A stretch of DNA of 33,353 nucleotides from an uncultured Methylococcaceae bacterium (GTDB lineage Bacteria > Pseudomonadota > Gammaproteobacteria > Methylococcales > Methylomonadaceae). A program made the translations under genes and the position numbers. The number at the start of each line of letters is the position of its first letter. The stretch's first letter is position 1. This document shows positions 11,034 through 22,500 of the stretch, one piece after another. Location of the stretch: the NCBI GenBank assembly GCA_903873045.1, contig CAIQND010000500.1, forward strand, positions 1-33,353, in the 5' to 3' direction. The notes under the pieces were generated by a model. It did no database searches. It was not told the origin of the DNA and saw only the letters and a program-made list of their open reading frames with translations.

Positions 11034-11705
11034 CTATTTCTTGGATTCAGAATTAATAGACGCAGTATGTGCATCCATGTCGAATACTTCACCTTTGAAT
11101 ATCCACACCTTGATGCCAATAATTCCATAAGTAGTATGTGCTTCAGCAGTTGCATAATCAATGTCAGCTCTTAAAGTATGCAAAGGAACACGCCCCTCTC
11201 TATACCACTCGCTTCGTGCGATTTCAGCGCCGTTTAAGCGACCACCAACATTAACTTTAATACCTTCAGCTCCTAAACGCATAGTATTCGTTACGGCACG
11301 TTTCATTGCCCGGCGATACATGATTCTTTTTTCAAGCTGCTGAGCGACACCTTCTGCAACTAGTTGCGCGTCTAATTCAGGCTTTCTGATCTCTTCAACA
11401 TTGAGCTGAACAGGAATACCAATCATTTTAGATATTTCTTGACGCAACGCATCAATATCTTCGCCTTTCTTACCTATAACTATTCCAGGGCGAGCCGTGT
11501 GAATAGTTATGTGCGCGTTATTAGCGGGGCGATTAATTTGAATACGACTAACAGAAGCGTGAGCTAATTTTTTCTTTATAAATGCTCTGACTGTTAAATC
11601 TTGGTGCAAAAAAATTGAATAATCTTGGCTATTTGCATACCATCTTGAATTCCAATCTTTTACAATTCCAAGGCGTATACCGGTTGGATGTACTTTTTGA
11701 CCCAT
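11034..11705 (-). CDS. rpsC: 30S ribosomal protein S3
   Basis: MGQKVHP.GIRLG; [11 protein letters not shown]; [14 protein letters not shown]. Confidence 0.99.
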   Translation of the reverse strand: MGQKVHPTGIRLGIVKDWNSRWYANSQDYSIFLHQDLTVRAFIKKKLAHASVSRIQINRPANNAHITIHTARPGIVIGKKGEDIDALRQEISKMIGIPVQLNVEEIRKPELDAQLVAEGVAQQLEKRIMYRRAMKRAVTNTMRLGAEGIKVNVGGRLNGAEIARSEWYREGRVPLHTLRADIDYATAEAHTTYGIIGIKVWIFKGEVFDMDAHTASINSESKK

Positions 11706-11714
11706 TTTCTGCCC

Positions 11715-12050
11715 CTACTCGAATTCTGCAACTTTTACTGTAATATGGCAGGTTCTTTTAAGGATATGGTTCGCATTCCCTTTAGCTCTTGCCCTGAATC
11801 TTTTCATAGTCGCCCCTTCATTAACATAAACGGTAGACACTCTTAATTCATCAATATCAGCACTTTCATTATGCTCTGCGTTAGCTATAGCCGATTCCAG
11901 AACCTTTTTAAAAATACCTGCAGCTTTTTTTGAACTGAATTTCAATGTATTCAGCGCTTTTTCAACTGACATTCCACGAATTTGATCGCCCACTAAACGC
12001 GCTTTTTGCGCAGATAAAGGGGCGTTATTTAATTTTGCTGAAATTTCCAT
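11715..12050 (-). CDS. rplV: 50S ribosomal protein L22
   Basis: SAQKARLV; [11 protein letters not shown]; [19 protein letters not shown] at 12050; GTG at 12053 is an alternative start. Confidence 0.97.
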   Translation of the reverse strand: MEISAKLNNAPLSAQKARLVGDQIRGMSVEKALNTLKFSSKKAAGIFKKVLESAIANAEHNESADIDELRVSTVYVNEGATMKRFRARAKGNANHILKRTCHITVKVAEFE

Positions 12051-12058
12051 CACTTAAC

Positions 12059-12331
12059 CTACCTAGATTTCTTATCAGCCACGTGGCCTTTATATGTTCG
12101 AGTGGGAGCAAACTCTCCTAATTTGTGCCCTACCATGTTCTCGGAAATGAGAACTGGAATGTGCAGGCGCCCATTATGGATTGCAATAGTTAGACCCAGC
12201 ATATCTGGAATAATCATTGATCTTCTTGACCATGTTTTAATCGGTTTCCGATTATTGCTACTTACAGCATCCTCAACTTTCTTAAGAAGATGATGATCAA
12301 TAAAAGGACCTTTTTTAATTGAACGCGGCAC
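12059..12331 (-). CDS. rpsS: 30S ribosomal protein S19
   Basis: PRSIKKGPF; IKTWSRRS; [14 protein letters not shown]; GTG start. Confidence 0.99.
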   Translation of the reverse strand: MPRSIKKGPFIDHHLLKKVEDAVSSNNRKPIKTWSRRSMIIPDMLGLTIAIHNGRLHIPVLISENMVGHKLGEFAPTRTYKGHVADKKSR

Positions 12332-12343
12332 GCTAATTCCTCT

Positions 12344-13171
12344 CTATTTCTGCTTACGACGTCTGATAATCATATTATCAGTACGCTTGTTTTTTCTTGT
12401 TTTATAGCCTTTAGTTGGCATACCCCAAGGTGACACGGGATGTCTACCACCCGATGTACGACCTTCACCACCACCATGCGGATGATCAACCGGGTTCATT
12501 ACCACACCGCGAACGGTAGGACGAACACCACGCCATCTTGACGCCCCTGCTTTACCAAGGGAAGCCAAATTATGCTCAGAATTTGACACCTCACCAATTA
12601 CAGCCCGACAATCAGCCATAACTTTGCGCATCTCACCTGAACGCATTCTAATTGTTGCATGAGCGCCGTCTCTTGCTACTAATTGAACTGATGTTCCGGC
12701 ACTTCTGGCTACCTGAGCTCCCTTGCCTGGCTTTAATTCCACGCAGTGAACAGTTGTACCCATAGGTATGTTTCGTAGCGGCATACAGTTACCCGCCTTA
12801 ACAGGAACAGTTTCTGATGACAGAATTTCCTGTCCAACCACCAAACCTTTCGGAGCTATGATATATCTACGCTCACCATCTTTGAATAATATCAAAGCTA
12901 TGTTCGCAGTTCTGTTGGGGTCATATTCCAGACGCTCTACAACAGCAGGAATATCAAATTTATTCCTTTTAAAATCAATAATACGGTAGTGTTGCTTATG
13001 ACCACCACCAATATGACGCGTAGTTATACGCCCCTGATTATTACGACCGCCACTTTTACTTTTTTTAGCTAGTAAAGGTGCATAAGGTTTGCCTTTATGT
13101 AAATCATCATTTTTGATGCGAACTACAAACCGTGATCCCGGTGACGTCGGTTTTGATTTTACAATCGCCAT
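12344..13171 (-). CDS. rplB: 50S ribosomal protein L2
   Basis: [16 protein letters not shown]; EYDPNR; [13 protein letters not shown]. Confidence 0.99.
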   Translation of the reverse strand: MAIVKSKPTSPGSRFVVRIKNDDLHKGKPYAPLLAKKSKSGGRNNQGRITTRHIGGGHKQHYRIIDFKRNKFDIPAVVERLEYDPNRTANIALILFKDGERRYIIAPKGLVVGQEILSSETVPVKAGNCMPLRNIPMGTTVHCVELKPGKGAQVARSAGTSVQLVARDGAHATIRMRSGEMRKVMADCRAVIGEVSNSEHNLASLGKAGASRWRGVRPTVRGVVMNPVDHPHGGGEGRTSGGRHPVSPWGMPTKGYKTRKNKRTDNMIIRRRKQK

Positions 13172-13210
13172 GCTTTCTACCGTTTCCTATTGATCTATCA
13201 CTTTAATAAA

Positions 13211-13510
13211 TTAAGCAGCAGAGAATGCTATGTCATGACCAGGCCTTAGCTTAACGTAAGCTTTCTTCCAATCTGATCTTTGGCCTAATGTACGGCCAAC
13301 TTTTTTCTGCTTGCCTTTCACGTTCAATACCTGAACAGAATCCACTTCAACACTAAACATTAATTCTACTGCATTTTTAACTTGTTTTTTTGTTGCCTGT
13401 TTTTGCACTTTAAAAACAAATTGTTTATATTTTTCTGCAGCAGCTGTACTCTTTTCAGAGATAATGGGTGCTTCAAGAACTCCCGCCAACTGATATTTGT
13501 TTATACTCAT
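13211..13510 (-). CDS. rplW: 50S ribosomal protein L23
   Basis: PIISEKS; VKNAVE..F.V.V; WKKAYV.L; ATGA overlap with rplD. Confidence 0.98.
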   Translation of the reverse strand: MSINKYQLAGVLEAPIISEKSTAAAEKYKQFVFKVQKQATKKQVKNAVELMFSVEVDSVQVLNVKGKQKKVGRTLGQRSDWKKAYVKLRPGHDIAFSAA

Positions 13511-14127
13511 GCCAAGCGCTCCTCTAATTGCTTCAACGCACCTGGCGTAGCAATTACTTTATCAGCCGAAACCAAAAGAACTGGATTTAAATTTACAGCT
13601 TCAATAACTTGTACGTAAGGAATATTTCTTGAAGCTAAAGCTAAATTTGCATCTACACTTTCAACAACAATCAATATGCGCTTGGCATCAATTTTCTTTA
13701 GTTTTTCGTTTAATTCTTTCGTTTTAACAGAAACAGGAAGAATATCAGTGCTGACTACCAAACGATTTTGCCTAAGTAATTCAGACAAAATTGAGCGCAC
13801 GCCAACACGAAACATCTTTTTGTTTAGCTTCTGATCATACGATCTGGGTCTTGCAGCAAAAGCAACACCACCAGTACGCCAAATCGGACTGCGTATTGTA
13901 CCAGATCTTGCGCGGCCTGTCCCTTTTTGTCTCCATGGCTTTGAACCACCACCACTAACATCAGATCTGGTTTTTTGTGCTTTAGTACCAGCACGCGCTC
14001 CAGCAAGGTAACGAGTTACCAATTGATGCACCAATGTTTCATTAAAAGACTGACCAAAAACGCTTTCAGCTACTTGTGCATTTCCGGATGAGTCTTGTTC
14101 ATTTAAAGCAGGTATTTGCAAACCCAT
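13507..14127 (-). CDS. rplD: 50S ribosomal protein L4
   Basis: RAGTKAQKTR; KPWRQKGTGRAR.G; RSPIWR.GG. Confidence 0.99.
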   Translation of the reverse strand: MGLQIPALNEQDSSGNAQVAESVFGQSFNETLVHQLVTRYLAGARAGTKAQKTRSDVSGGGSKPWRQKGTGRARSGTIRSPIWRTGGVAFAARPRSYDQKLNKKMFRVGVRSILSELLRQNRLVVSTDILPVSVKTKELNEKLKKIDAKRILIVVESVDANLALASRNIPYVQVIEAVNLNPVLLVSADKVIATPGALKQLEERLA

Positions 14128-14130
14128 GAC

Positions 14131-14781
14131 TTAACCTTTATTTCGCATTTTCATAGCGGGTGTAATAACTACATCACCGCCTTTAGCACCCGGCACTGCG
14201 CCTTTTACTAAAATTAAATTTCTTTCTGTATCAATCGCATGAATGGTCAGGTTTTGAATGGTTGTTTTTACATTACCAAGATGACCTTCCATTTTTTTGC
14301 CTTTAAATACACGCCCGGGTGTTTGACACATACCAATGGAACCAAGTACTCTATGTGAGCGCGAGTTACCATGCGTTGCATCCTGCATGCTGAAATGATG
14401 CCTCTTGATACCACCAGCAAAACCTTTACCAATACTTTTTCCTTGCACATCAACAACTTGACCCGCAGTAAAAATATCCAGCGATAATTGTGATCCGGCA
14501 GATAAATCAACGCCTTCACCATCTTCGAGCCTAAACTCCCAAAGACCTCGTCCAGCCGTCACATTTGCCGCCGCATAATGACCAGCCATTGCTTTATTGA
14601 CTCTTGATGATTTTTTATCGCCCGCTGCTACCTGGATTGAGCGATAACCATCAACATCAAGACTTTTAACCTGAGTAACTCTGTTTGAGTCAATCTGGAG
14701 AACAGTAACAGGTACTGATGAACCATCTTCACAAAATACTCTGGTCATACCACATTTACGACCTATAAGACCTATTGACAT
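14131..14781 (-). CDS. rplC: 50S ribosomal protein L3
   Basis: GRKCGMT; GKGFAG.IKR; THGNS.SHR..GSIG; VKGAVPG. Confidence 0.99.
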   Translation of the reverse strand: MSIGLIGRKCGMTRVFCEDGSSVPVTVLQIDSNRVTQVKSLDVDGYRSIQVAAGDKKSSRVNKAMAGHYAAANVTAGRGLWEFRLEDGEGVDLSAGSQLSLDIFTAGQVVDVQGKSIGKGFAGGIKRHHFSMQDATHGNSRSHRVLGSIGMCQTPGRVFKGKKMEGHLGNVKTTIQNLTIHAIDTERNLILVKGAVPGAKGGDVVITPAMKMRNKG

Positions 14782-14799
14782 CTGCCAATTCCTCTATTT

Positions 14800-15111
14800 T
14801 TAATTCAATTTTATTTGGACATCAACACCAGCTGCAAGATCCAACTTCATTAATGCATCTACGGTTTTTTCAGTTGGCTCAACGATATCCAGCAATCTTT
14901 TATAAGTTCTTAACTCATATTGATCTCTTGCATCTTTATTAACATGCGGAGAAATCAAAATTGTAAAACGTTCTTTCTTAGTAGGCAAAGGAATAGGGCC
15001 TTTTACTTGAGCACCTGTTCTCCTTGCAGTTTCTACTATCTCACCAGCCGATTGATCAATCAATTTATGATCAAATGATTTCAATCGGATTCTGATAGTT
15101 TGATTAGACAT
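14800..15111 (-). CDS. rpsJ: 30S ribosomal protein S10
   Basis: [10 protein letters not shown]; GPIPLPT; [13 protein letters not shown]. Confidence 0.99.
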   Translation of the reverse strand: MSNQTIRIRLKSFDHKLIDQSAGEIVETARRTGAQVKGPIPLPTKKERFTILISPHVNKDARDQYELRTYKRLLDIVEPTEKTVDALMKLDLAAGVDVQIKLN

Positions 15112-15116
15112 ATTTA

Positions 15117-16307
15117 TTACTCGATTATTGATGCAACAACGCCCGCACCGACTGTACGACCACCTTCACGAATTGCGAAACGCAAACCATCTTCCATAGC
15201 GATCGGCGATATCAATTTAACTTTTACTGATATATTATCACCAGGCATTACCATTTCTACGCCTTCAGGCAGATCAACCGCACCGGTCACATCAGTCGTT
15301 CTAAAATAGAATTGTGGACGATAACCGTTAAAGAATGGAGTATGACGCCCACCTTCTTCTTTTGATAATATATAAATTTCTGCGTTAAAGAAAGCGTGTG
15401 GCTTAATGGTGCCTTTGTGCGCCAAAACTTGACCACGCTCTACGTCGTCTCTTTTTGTGCCTCTCAACAGCAATCCTACGTTATCGCCAGCTTCACCTTG
15501 ATCCAGCAACTTACGGAACATTTCAACGCCTGTGACTGTTGTAGTTACTGTTGGCCTGATACCAACAATCTCAACTTCCTGCCCGACTTTGATAATACCA
15601 CGCTCAATACGTCCGGTAACTACGGTGCCACGACCTGAAATTGAGAACACATCCTCAATAGGCATCAAGAATGCGCCATCAACTGCTCTTTCCGGTAACG
15701 GAATGTAACTGTCTAACGCTTCTACCAATTTAATAATTGAAGGCATGCCGATTTCGCTCTCATCCCCTTGCAATGCCAATAAGGCAGAGCCTCTGATAAT
15801 TGGCGTATCATCACCTGGAAACTCATACGCATCTAGCAATTCTCTGAGCTCCATCTCTACCAATTCCATCAACTCTTCATCGTCAACCATATCAGCTTTA
15901 TTCAGGAACACCACCACATAAGGCACACCCACCTGCCTTGACAACAGAATATGCTCTCTAGTTTGCGGCATTGGGCCGTCAGTGGCTGCACAAACAAGTA
16001 TTGCACCATCCATTTGTGCTGCACCCGTGATCATGTTTTTTACATAATCAGCATGGCCTGGACAGTCAACATGAGCATAGTGACGGTTTGCAGATTCATA
16101 TTCTACGTGTGACGTAGCAATAGTGATACCGCGAGCCCGCTCTTCAGGTGCATTATCAATTTGATCAAAAGCTTTAACCGCACCACCGTGCAATTTTGCC
16201 ATGACTGTTGTTAATGCAGCAGTTAGTGTTGTTTTACCGTGGTCAACGTGACCGATTGTGCCTACGTTTACGTGAGGCTTACTACGTGAAAATTTTTCTT
16301 TGGCCAT
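15117..16307 (-). CDS. tuf: Elongation factor Tu (str-operon copy, tufA-equivalent)
   Basis: [18 protein letters not shown] motifs; 396 aa; follows fusA. Confidence 0.99.
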   Translation of the reverse strand: MAKEKFSRSKPHVNVGTIGHVDHGKTTLTAALTTVMAKLHGGAVKAFDQIDNAPEERARGITIATSHVEYESANRHYAHVDCPGHADYVKNMITGAAQMDGAILVCAATDGPMPQTREHILLSRQVGVPYVVVFLNKADMVDDEELMELVEMELRELLDAYEFPGDDTPIIRGSALLALQGDESEIGMPSIIKLVEALDSYIPLPERAVDGAFLMPIEDVFSISGRGTVVTGRIERGIIKVGQEVEIVGIRPTVTTTVTGVEMFRKLLDQGEAGDNVGLLLRGTKRDDVERGQVLAHKGTIKPHAFFNAEIYILSKEEGGRHTPFFNGYRPQFYFRTTDVTGAVDLPEGVEMVMPGDNISVKVKLISPIAMEDGLRFAIREGGRTVGAGVVASIIE

Positions 16308-16334
16308 GAGTTAATACCTTTATATTATTCAATT

Positions 16335-18428
16335 TTATGAAGATTTATTAATGATCGCTTCTGCTATATGCGCAGGTGTTTCATTGTATTTTTCAAACTG
16401 CATACTGTATGTAGCTCGCCCCTGTGTTGCCGAACGCAAATCAGTTGCATAACCAAACATTTCCGACAACGGTACTTCGCAGCTAACTGTTTTACCTGAC
16501 GGCATATCTTCCATACCCTGAATTATGCCACGACGCCTATTGATATCGCCAACTACATCCCCCATATATTCTTCTGGAGTAGATATTTCGACTTTCATTA
16601 TAGGCTCCAATATAACAGGACTTGCTTTTCTTGCACCTTCCCTGAAACACATAGAGCCGGCAATCTTAAAAGCCAGTTCATTTGAATCTACATCATGATA
16701 AGAGCCATCAAATATAGAAACCTTTACATCTAACATAGGATAACCAGCTAGAACACCACACTTTAGCTGCTCTTGCACACCCTTATCAACTGCTGGTATA
16801 TATTCCTTAGGAACAACGCCACCAACAATTTCGTTAACAAACTCATAACCCGCCCCAATTTCTTGCGGCTCAATTCGTAACCAGACGTGACCATACTGGC
16901 CTCGACCTCCTGATTGCCTTATGAATTTACCTTCCTGCTCTACTGACTTACGAATTGTTTCCCTATACGCAACCTGTGGAGCCCCAACATTTGCCTCTAC
17001 ATTAAATTCCCTTTTCATTCGATCAACAATAATTTCCAGATGAAGCTCACCCATCCCGGATATTATCACCTGCCCCGACTCCTCATCAGTATGTACTCGA
17101 AAGGACGGGTCTTCTTGAGCCAACTTACTTAATGCCAGACCCATCTTATCTTGATCTGCCTTTGTCTTTGGCTCTACTGCAACTGAAATCACAGGATCAG
17201 GAAACTGCATGCGCTCAAGAACAATAATTGACTTAAGATCACACAAAGTATCACCGGTCGTAACGTCTTTCAACCCTATTGCTGCCGCTATATCTCCAGC
17301 ACAGACAACTTTAACTTCTTCGCGGCTATTGGCATGCATCTGAACTATGCGACCAATGCGTTCTTTTTTCATTTTAACCGAATTGTAGATAGTATCTCCA
17401 CAACTCAAGAATCCAGAATATACTCTGAAAAAAGTTAATGTCCCAACAAAAGGGTCAGCTGCAATTTTAAAGGCTAAAGCAGAAAATGGCTCATCATCAG
17501 ATGCATATCTATGCCCTTCAGTCACCTCATCCTCAAGCAAACCTTTTATGGCTTCAACATCAGTCGGCGCCGGCATGTATTCAATAATTGCATCCAACAT
17601 TGCCTGAACACCTTTATTCTTAAAAGCAGACCCACAAAATGTTGGAACAACTTTATTGGCTATCGTTTGAGCACGAATGCCTTTTTTTATTTCTTCATTG
17701 GTCAAATACCCTTCAAGAAGGTATTTTTCCATCAACTCGTCATTGGCTTCAGCCGCCGCTTCAATCAGACTTTCTCTCCACTTTTCGCAGAGATCTTGCA
17801 TATCAACAGGAATTTCTTTTTCTTCAAAAGTCATGCCTAAATTAGCATCATTCCAATAGAGAGCCTTCATCTTAATTAAATCAACAACACCGCAGAATTG
17901 ATCTTCAGCACCTATCGGCAATTGCATTGGAACTGCGTGACTACCCAAGCGCGTCATAATCTGCTCTATTACTCGCAAGAAATCCGCACCAGAACGATCC
18001 ATCTTGTTAACAAAAGCCAATCTTGGAACATGGTATTTGTTAGCTTGACGCCAAACAGTTTCAGATTGCGGCTCTACCCCACCCACAGCGCAAAAAACCG
18101 CACATGCACCATCAAGAACGCGAAGTGAACGCTCCACTTCAATAGTAAAGTCAACATGCCCTGGCGTATCAATAATATTAATACGGTGCTGTGGAAATTG
18201 TTTTTCCATTCCACTCCAAAAACAGGTTGTAGCTGCAGAGGTTATTGTTATCCCCCTCTCCTGCTCTTGAGCCATCCAGTCCATGGTTGCCGCACCGTCA
18301 TGCACCTCACCTATTTTGTGAGACACACCTGTATAGTATAAAATGCGCTCAGTCGTTGTGGTCTTGCCAGCATCAATGTGAGCCATAATGCCGACATTAC
18401 GATAACGATCGATTGGAGTTTTACGCAC
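16335..18428 (-). CDS. fusA: Elongation factor G
   Basis: AHIDAGKTT; RGITI; DTPGH; NKMD; GMGELHL; [10 protein letters not shown]; GTG start. Confidence 0.99.
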   Translation of the reverse strand: MRKTPIDRYRNVGIMAHIDAGKTTTTERILYYTGVSHKIGEVHDGAATMDWMAQEQERGITITSAATTCFWSGMEKQFPQHRINIIDTPGHVDFTIEVERSLRVLDGACAVFCAVGGVEPQSETVWRQANKYHVPRLAFVNKMDRSGADFLRVIEQIMTRLGSHAVPMQLPIGAEDQFCGVVDLIKMKALYWNDANLGMTFEEKEIPVDMQDLCEKWRESLIEAAAEANDELMEKYLLEGYLTNEEIKKGIRAQTIANKVVPTFCGSAFKNKGVQAMLDAIIEYMPAPTDVEAIKGLLEDEVTEGHRYASDDEPFSALAFKIAADPFVGTLTFFRVYSGFLSCGDTIYNSVKMKKERIGRIVQMHANSREEVKVVCAGDIAAAIGLKDVTTGDTLCDLKSIIVLERMQFPDPVISVAVEPKTKADQDKMGLALSKLAQEDPSFRVHTDEESGQVIISGMGELHLEIIVDRMKREFNVEANVGAPQVAYRETIRKSVEQEGKFIRQSGGRGQYGHVWLRIEPQEIGAGYEFVNEIVGGVVPKEYIPAVDKGVQEQLKCGVLAGYPMLDVKVSIFDGSYHDVDSNELAFKIAGSMCFREGARKASPVILEPIMKVEISTPEEYMGDVVGDINRRRGIIQGMEDMPSGKTVSCEVPLSEMFGYATDLRSATQGRATYSMQFEKYNETPAHIAEAIINKSS

Positions 18429-18461
18429 AATGACTATACAGCCTACAATTTATTTCGCTGA

Positions 18462-18932
18462 CTACCAACGATAATGAGAGAAAGCTTTGTTCGCCTCAGC
18501 CATTCTATGCGTATCTTCCCGCTTCTTGGCTGCCGACCCTCTACTTTCAAAAGCATCCATCAACTCACCAGCCAACTTGGAAGACATATTTCTTTCGTTT
18601 CTTTTACGCGAAGCATCAATCAACCAACGCATAGCCAAAGCCATTCGACGGGAAGGACGAACCTCAACGGGAACCTGATAGGTTGCTCCACCGACGCGAC
18701 GAGACTTAACCTCAACCCGAGGCTGAACATTCTCAAGTGCTTTTGACAATACTTCTAACGGCTCACTATGACCTTTGCTTTCAATGACATCCAATGCCCC
18801 ATAAACGATACCTTCAGCAATTGATTTTTTGCCACTTTCCATGATCATATTCATGAACTTGGTTAACATGATACTCCCAAACCTTGGATCAGGAATGATT
18901 TCTCTTTTTGTAGCGACTCTTCTTCTAGACAT
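18462..18932 (-). CDS. rpsG: 30S ribosomal protein S7
   Basis: [15 protein letters not shown]; [15 protein letters not shown]. Confidence 0.99.
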   Translation of the reverse strand: MSRRRVATKREIIPDPRFGSIMLTKFMNMIMESGKKSIAEGIVYGALDVIESKGHSEPLEVLSKALENVQPRVEVKSRRVGGATYQVPVEVRPSRRMALAMRWLIDASRKRNERNMSSKLAGELMDAFESRGSAAKKREDTHRMAEANKAFSHYRW

Positions 18933-18949
18933 TTCTCACCAACTCACTT

Positions 18950-19324
18950 TTAGCTTTTAGGTCGTTTAGTTCCGTATTTGGAGCGACCACACTTTCTATT
19001 GTTTACACCCGAAGCATCCAAACTGCCACGCACGACGTGATACCTTACACCCGGCAGATCCTTAACACGACCACCCCTGATTAATACCACGGAATGCTCT
19101 TGTAAATTATGACCTTCACCACCAATGTAACTACTCACTTCAGCGCCGTTAGTCAACCTTACCCTTGCTACTTTACGCAGCGCCGAGTTAGGCTTTTTAG
19201 GAGTTGTGGTATAAACACGCGTACACACACCTCTACGTTGAGGACAAGCCTCCAATGCGGGAACATTGCTTTTTTCTACTTTTTTAGCGCGTGGCTTTCG
19301 AACTAATTGGTTGATCGTGGCCAT
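18950..19324 (-). CDS. rpsL: 30S ribosomal protein S12
   Basis: MATINQLVR start at ATG 19324 with GGAG upstream; [12 protein letters not shown]; RVKDLPG; 124 aa. Confidence 0.99.
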   Translation of the reverse strand: MATINQLVRKPRAKKVEKSNVPALEACPQRRGVCTRVYTTTPKKPNSALRKVARVRLTNGAEVSSYIGGEGHNLQEHSVVLIRGGRVKDLPGVRYHVVRGSLDASGVNNRKCGRSKYGTKRPKS

Positions 19325-19451
19325 AACTTTGTTTACTCCGATATACAATTTAACTGTCAGATAATAAATTAACCATTGCTAAAAGATATTAGCTATTAAT
19401 GGTTAGCTTTTTTCGACCTGACCTAAGCACATTAGCTTATGTGAGCAGAGC

Positions 19452-19480
19452 ATAATACTTGTTATTACTCACTAGGTCAA
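19452..19480 (-). promoter_or_regulatory. Sigma70 promoter of the str operon
   Basis: Minus strand TTGACC (19480-19475), 17-bp spacer, TATTAT (19457-19452) in the rpoC-rpsL spacer. Confidence 0.8.
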
Positions 19481-19512
19481 GTCCATTTTTCTAAAATATA
19501 TTTAGAACTTAT

Positions 19513-22500
19513 TTAAACATTTAACGCTTGCTTAAGTGCTTCTTCTACATCCCCTGCATCAACTGCAACCGAGACATCACTCTCAACCGCCTGATGCTGG
19601 GCAAATCTGTTTTTTCTGTTTTCATGGTAAGCCAAACCCGTCCCGGCAGGAATTAATCGGCCCACAATAACGTTTTCCTTTAACCCTTGCAGCCCATCAC
19701 TTAACCCACGTACAGCTGCGTCAGTCAATACACGCGTTGTTTCTTGAAAAGAAGCCGCCGATATAAATGATTCAGTTGCCAATGATGCTTTGGTGATACC
19801 TAACAATATTGACTCATAACTAGCAGGAATTTTTCCTTCACTTTCCATTTTGTCATTTTCAACCCGCATTGCAGCACGCTCAACCTGCTCACCTTTTACG
19901 AAATCCGTATCACCAGAAGCCGTAATCTCAACTTTTCTAAGCATTTGGCGAATAATTGCCTCAATATGCTTATCATTGATTTTCACACCCTGTAAACGAT
20001 AAACATCTTGAATTTCTTTGACCAGATAGTTGGCCAACTCCTCAATGCCTCTCAATCTGAGAATATCATGAGGCGTTAATTCACCTTCAGCAATAGTTTC
20101 ACCCTTCTCTACGTACTCACCTTCAAATACAGTGATATGACGCCATTTTGGTATCAGGGTTTCAATTTGCTCACCAAGCGCATCAGTAATAATGACTCGC
20201 TGCTTGCCTTTGGTTTCTTTTCCGAATGAAATAGTGCCACTGGTCTCTGCAAGAATCGCAGGGTCTTTTGTTTTACGTGCCTCGAATAAATCTGCTACAC
20301 GCGGTAAACCACCGGTAATATCCCTGGTTTTACTGGATTCTTGTGGAATCCTTGCCAACACGTCTCCCACCTTAACCTCACCACCGTCTTTAATACCGGC
20401 AATAGCGCCTGCCGGCAAGAAATACTGTGCAGGAATTTCGGTACCTGGCAAATAAATTGTGTTGCCTTCATTGTCCGACAACTTAACCATAGGTCGTAAT
20501 TCTTTACCTGCGGAGCCACGTTGCTTTGGATCAGTAACTACCAGCGAACTTAAACCCGTCACTTCATCAGATTGTTTTTGTACAGTAACACCATCAATAA
20601 AATCTTTGAGCTCAACAATACCCTCTACTTCGGTAATAACCGGATGAGTAAATGGATCCCAAGTTACAATAATGTCCCCTGCATTAATCCTTGACCCTTC
20701 CTGAACTGAGAGCACTGCGCCATAAGGAATTTTATATCGTTCCCTTTCGCGCCCATAATCATCTACCACACCCACTTCACCCGATCTTGAAACGGCAACC
20801 AGCTTACCTTCGCGGTTTATTACCGACTTCAGGTTGTTTAAGCGCACTGTACCGGACGACTTGACCTGTACGTTACTTATTGCAACTGATCTGGAGGCCG
20901 CTCCACCAATATGAAAGGTTCGCATGGTCAACTGAGTGCCTGGCTCGCCAATTGATTGCGCGGCAATAACACCCACCGCCTCACCAATATTAACAAGATG
21001 ACCTCTACCTAAATCACGACCGTAACAAGCTGCGCAAACACCGTGCCTGTTCTCACACGTTATAATAGAACGAACTATAACTTGATCAATACCCTGCTCT
21101 TCCAGAATGGCAACCCAATGCTCATCCAACAAGGTTTTGGCAGGCACTATTATGCTCTCTCCGGCGGCATCCAGTATATCATTAACGGCGACTCGACCTA
21201 ATACGCGTTCAGATAACGGCTCTACTACATCACCACCCTCAATAATTGGGGTCATTATCAGTCCGTTTGAAGTACCGCAGTCATTACCGGTAATAACCAG
21301 ATCCTGCGCCACATCCACTAATCGTCGTGTCAAATAGCCTGAGTTAGCTGTTTTTAGTGCCGTATCCGCCAGACCTTTACGTGCTCCATGAGTAGAGATA
21401 AAGTATTGCAATACATCTAAACCCTCTCGAAAGTTGGCAGTGATAGGCGTTTCAATAATAGAACCGTCAGGTTTTGCCATCAAGCCACGCATACCTGCTA
21501 ACTGACGAATCTGTGCCGCCGATCCTCTGGCACCTGATTCAGCCATCATAAAAATTGAATTGAATGATTTTTGTTTTACTAGGCTGCCGTTCGCATCAAC
21601 AACTGATTCTTCACCCAGTCCATCCATCATGACTTTGGCAACTTGATCATTGGCATGAGACCAAATATCAACAACCTTGTTATAGCGTTCACCATCAGTA
21701 ACCAAACCAGAGGCGTATTGACTTTGAATTTCGTTCACCTCCATGTCGGCCGCTTTAATGATGTCGCTTTTTTTAGCGGGTATCGCCATATCTTCGATAC
21801 CAAACGACACGCCGGAAATGGTTGCGTACCTGAAGCCCAAATACATTAACTGATCTGCCAATATGACTGTATCTTTGTTACCCAAGTAGCGATAACTGTA
21901 ATTAATTAACCGTGATATATTCTTTTTTGTCATATCACAGTTCACCAGATCATAAGGCATACGATCAGGAACAACTTCCCAGATTAACGCGCGACCTACA
22001 GTCGTTTCTACCCTGTGCGTCTTGTCTTCAGTCTCGCCCAGCTCATTGACTACTTTTTCAGTAATGCGCAATTGAATTTTTGATTGCAATTCAACTGATT
22101 TTGCCATTAACGCTTTGTGAATTTCACCAACGCTGACAAATATACTACCATCACCTTTGGCATTTATTTTTTCACGGCTGATATAATAAAGACCTAATAC
22201 CACGTCTTGGGACGGATTAATAACCGGCTCACCATTCGCAGGTGACAAAATATTATTAGTGGCCATCATCAATGTTCTGGCTTCTAACTGCGCTTCTATC
22301 GATAGTGGAATATGTACCGCCATCTGATCGCCGTCAAAATCCGCATTAAACGCGCTACAAACCAATGGATGCAGTTGAATCGCCTTACCTTCAATCAAGG
22401 TAGGTTCAAACGCCTGAATACCCAATCTGTGTAACGTAGGTGCACGATTTAATAAAATCGGGTGCTCGCGAATAACTTCTTCGAGTATATCCCAGACTTC

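Noticed and set aside
18950-19324. Streptomycin-resistance alleles in rpsL
   Set aside because: The K42 (TPKKPN) and K87 (RVKDLP) equivalents are wild type.
19325-19348. N-terminal extension of S12 (MYIGVNKV)
   Set aside because: The conserved start MATINQL is at 19324, and the GGAG SD lies inside the supposed extension.
19489-19507. TTCTAAA/TTTAGAA inverted repeat after rpoC as a terminator
   Set aside because: The stem is almost entirely A-T and has no U-tract on the minus strand; too weak to call.
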